The notes below the pieces were generated by a model. The model was not told the DNA's origin and ran no database searches. It saw only the letters and a program-made list of their open reading frames with translations. From contig CM052827.1 in assembly GCA_028534125.1 (NCBI GenBank), forward strand, positions 15,810,001 to 15,874,000: a DNA stretch of 64,000 nucleotides, given 5' to 3'. This DNA is from Lama glama. Its lineage: Eukaryota. Positions 61,745-64,000 of the stretch are shown in pieces. Numbering within the stretch: position 1 is the stretch's first letter; the number at the start of each line of letters is the position of its first letter. Made by a program: the position numbers and the translations under genes.

Positions 61745-61895
61745 CTTGGTGGCAGAAATGTGGGGACCTAACTAGCCAGCTGTGCAGCTTTAGACAAGTG
61801 GCTTTCCCTCTCTGTCCTCAGCTCCCCAGTCTGCGAGGAGCAGAGAAAGAGCAAGCATTTTCCAAAGCCCCTTCCCACTCTGGAATGCTGTGATG
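61745..61895 (+). mobile_element. MIR3-like fragment
   Basis: agctgtgcagctttagacaagtggctttccctctctgtcctcag..aaagccccttcccactctggaatgctgtgat. Confidence 0.65.
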
Positions 61896-62234
61896 GGAAC
61901 GCATGATATTATTTTACTGGACAGTCTATTTACGGCAATTGAAACTTGCACTTCCATCATTCATTTTCAAGATATCTGCAAATATCAGCATATAGGCAGC
62001 TTCTATTCCCCTGGCATCTGCTCTCTCCACCTCCGCCGGTAGGGGACCACTCCCTAAGCTAAGCCTGTCTCCTGGCTTACCAAGTGGGATGGTGGTTTCT
62101 GGTTTACTTATAAAATCCGACGATCCCTCCTTGTGGGTGTGGTGAGCTTCAATCCCAGGCGCACACCTGAGGGTCGTCAGGAGCTCCCTCTGCCTTGTCT
62201 CAGCCTCACCCCACACAACCCCTGTCCTTTGAAG

Positions 62235-62480
62235 GCAGCACAGTGGCTGAGCTCGCGGGCAGTGTGGGTAACACCCAGCTCCACTGCTTGCCAGCTAAAT
62301 GACTCAGACTAGTTGCTTGACCCCATTTTATAAGTGGGGAAGTTAAGGTATCAAGAGGGTAACCGTAGTCCCTGCCTCGCAGGGCATGGTGGGAAGACAT
62401 GGTTATGACATCCTTAGATGCTCATAGCAGGGCTTCGCATGTGGCAAGCACATATCACATTTTTTAGCCCTACTTACTGC
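62235..62480 (+). mobile_element. MIR
   Basis: ggcagcacagtggctgag..cccagctccactgcttgccagct..cctgcctcgcaggg. Confidence 0.55.
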
Positions 62481-64000
62481 TAGCTTTATTTCACCTCACA
62501 ATGGCTTCCATGAATTCATCCATTTAAATCAATGAGTTCATGAAATAGGGACTTCCGTGGTGTTCCGGGTGGTCCCGTGACCATGGCGCTCCTGCTCTCC
62601 CCCTCATGGTCTCCCTCCTACCTTCCAGATGCACAGGCCATGCCCCTGTGGGCAGCCTGAGAAATGAGGTCCTCCAGCCCTGCCATCTGTCCCAGCTTAG
62701 CCCTCCCTGCCCCTTCCAAGGTAAAAAAAAAAGTGTCCCTCCCTCTGGTTACTTTTGCTTCTCCTGGATGTTATGATGACAGAGTGAAGGGCTCGGTGAA
62801 AAGTGGAAGTACTTGTTGTTTAGTAGGGTGACCCTAGGAGGGCCAATTGACGGCATCCCTCTCAGTTGCTAACTCTCGATTTGTCCAAGAGTCTGTAATC
62901 GATCCTGGGGTGCTTTGTCCAGACCTGGTTTCAGGTGCCCATGCCCTGGCTCATAGCCCACCTCTCACAGGGATTGGCTCCCCAAAAGGCTAGCCTCTTC
63001 CCAGGGGAGGGCCCACAGCAGTGACCAATCAATGTGGAGGCAGAAGGTCCAGCTTCGTCCTCAATTTGGAATAGCTCTGAGGTCCCTCCCAGCCCCAGAG
63101 CGAGCGCCCGGTGGGACCAGCTGAGGTCTCAGTTGTAAGTTTGAAGTCGGTTTCTCCCTCTGCCCCCTCTGTCCTGCTCACTTCCTTACAGGGGTCTCCC
63201 CCAAGAAACCTGCCTGCAGCTCTCCATCTGCAACTCCGCGGGGAGCCCAGCCTGAGACAGAGGTCCACTACAAAGACTTTCCTCTCCCTGCGCTTCCAGG
63301 ATGCTAGCTGGGGACAAAGGGCTTCTCGTCCCAGGATTAGCACTTCAGGAGAAGGGAAGCCCCAGAGGCTGCTGAGCACGAAACTGGTGCCAAAGGACCA
63401 AGAGGAGGAAGGTCTGAGCCAAGGGCTGGCACAGTGGCCTGTGGGGTGGGATGAAATTGCCCCACCTGCTGAAAGGAGGTGATCGTTCCATGATGTCCCC
63501 AGAGACCAGAATGTAGAAGAACAGGACCTTCCTCCACCTCCCGGGGTGGGGTCTGCCAATCTCTGCAGATCCCTGCGTGCCGCCCCTCCCTCCCTGCCAG
63601 GTCCCTGTCCCATTCACTATTAGGATGTGGTCCTGCTCTGTCCACATCACAGGGACATCAAGAGCACGTGGACCTCTCCCTGGGTTATTGTGGAGAGGGC
63701 TACATTTAGACATGGCAGGAAAGAACACAAGAGAAGGCAATCCGGGGGCTGTCCTAAGGCTGGGCTGTGAGACCCCGGGAGCCAGGTTTCTCCTTGCTGC
63801 CTTGGTGGAAGCAGCCCTGACTTAAATCATCCACTTTGTTATTAGTCCTTTGGACACTCGAGGAGCTTTCTAGAAAACTGAAGAGGGAAGTAATAGTGAT
63901 TCTAACAGGGAAAGTGGAACTGAAGACAAATGACCTCAGAGAAGCACTGGGGCCGCCTGGCTCTGCCAAATGGTCTGAGGTCAGACATGCACTCAACTAA

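Noticed and set aside
62825-62935. TAGGGTGACC resembling a hAT-Blackjack (MER81/MER94) terminus
   Set aside because: No matching opposite terminus or convincing internal similarity seen
1-64000. Assignment to a specific gene desert or host gene
   Set aside because: Texture fits several developmental-regulator loci but I recognise no diagnostic sequence; a BLAST of the unique blocks is needed

Overview
Non-coding mammalian genomic DNA, most likely camelid (alpaca/llama/camel), judged from two tRNA-Ala-derived Vic-1-type SINEs and a cetartiodactyl-type L1 3' end. I recognise no protein-coding gene, functional RNA gene, CRISPR array or prokaryotic feature, and the ORF track looks like chance ORFs or ORFs running through N blocks. 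The first ~30 kb is AT-richer and dominated by old L1 fragments and MaLR/ERV solo LTRs, several of them nested. The last ~34 kb is GC-richer, with L2/MIR fossils interspersed with repeat-free blocks that look like conserved enhancers (homeodomain/HOX-PBX, POU, AP-1/ETS, TCF and CTCF motifs). This suggests a gene desert or large intron near a developmental regulator; I cannot name the locus. Nine N blocks appear to hide real sequence, and several sit in the enhancer-like blocks. Repeat names come from recalled consensus sequences, so subfamilies and edges are approximate. I found no convincing evidence of a novel biological system; the best leads are the candidate regulatory elements, a 46-nt exon candidate and a four-layer transposon nest.
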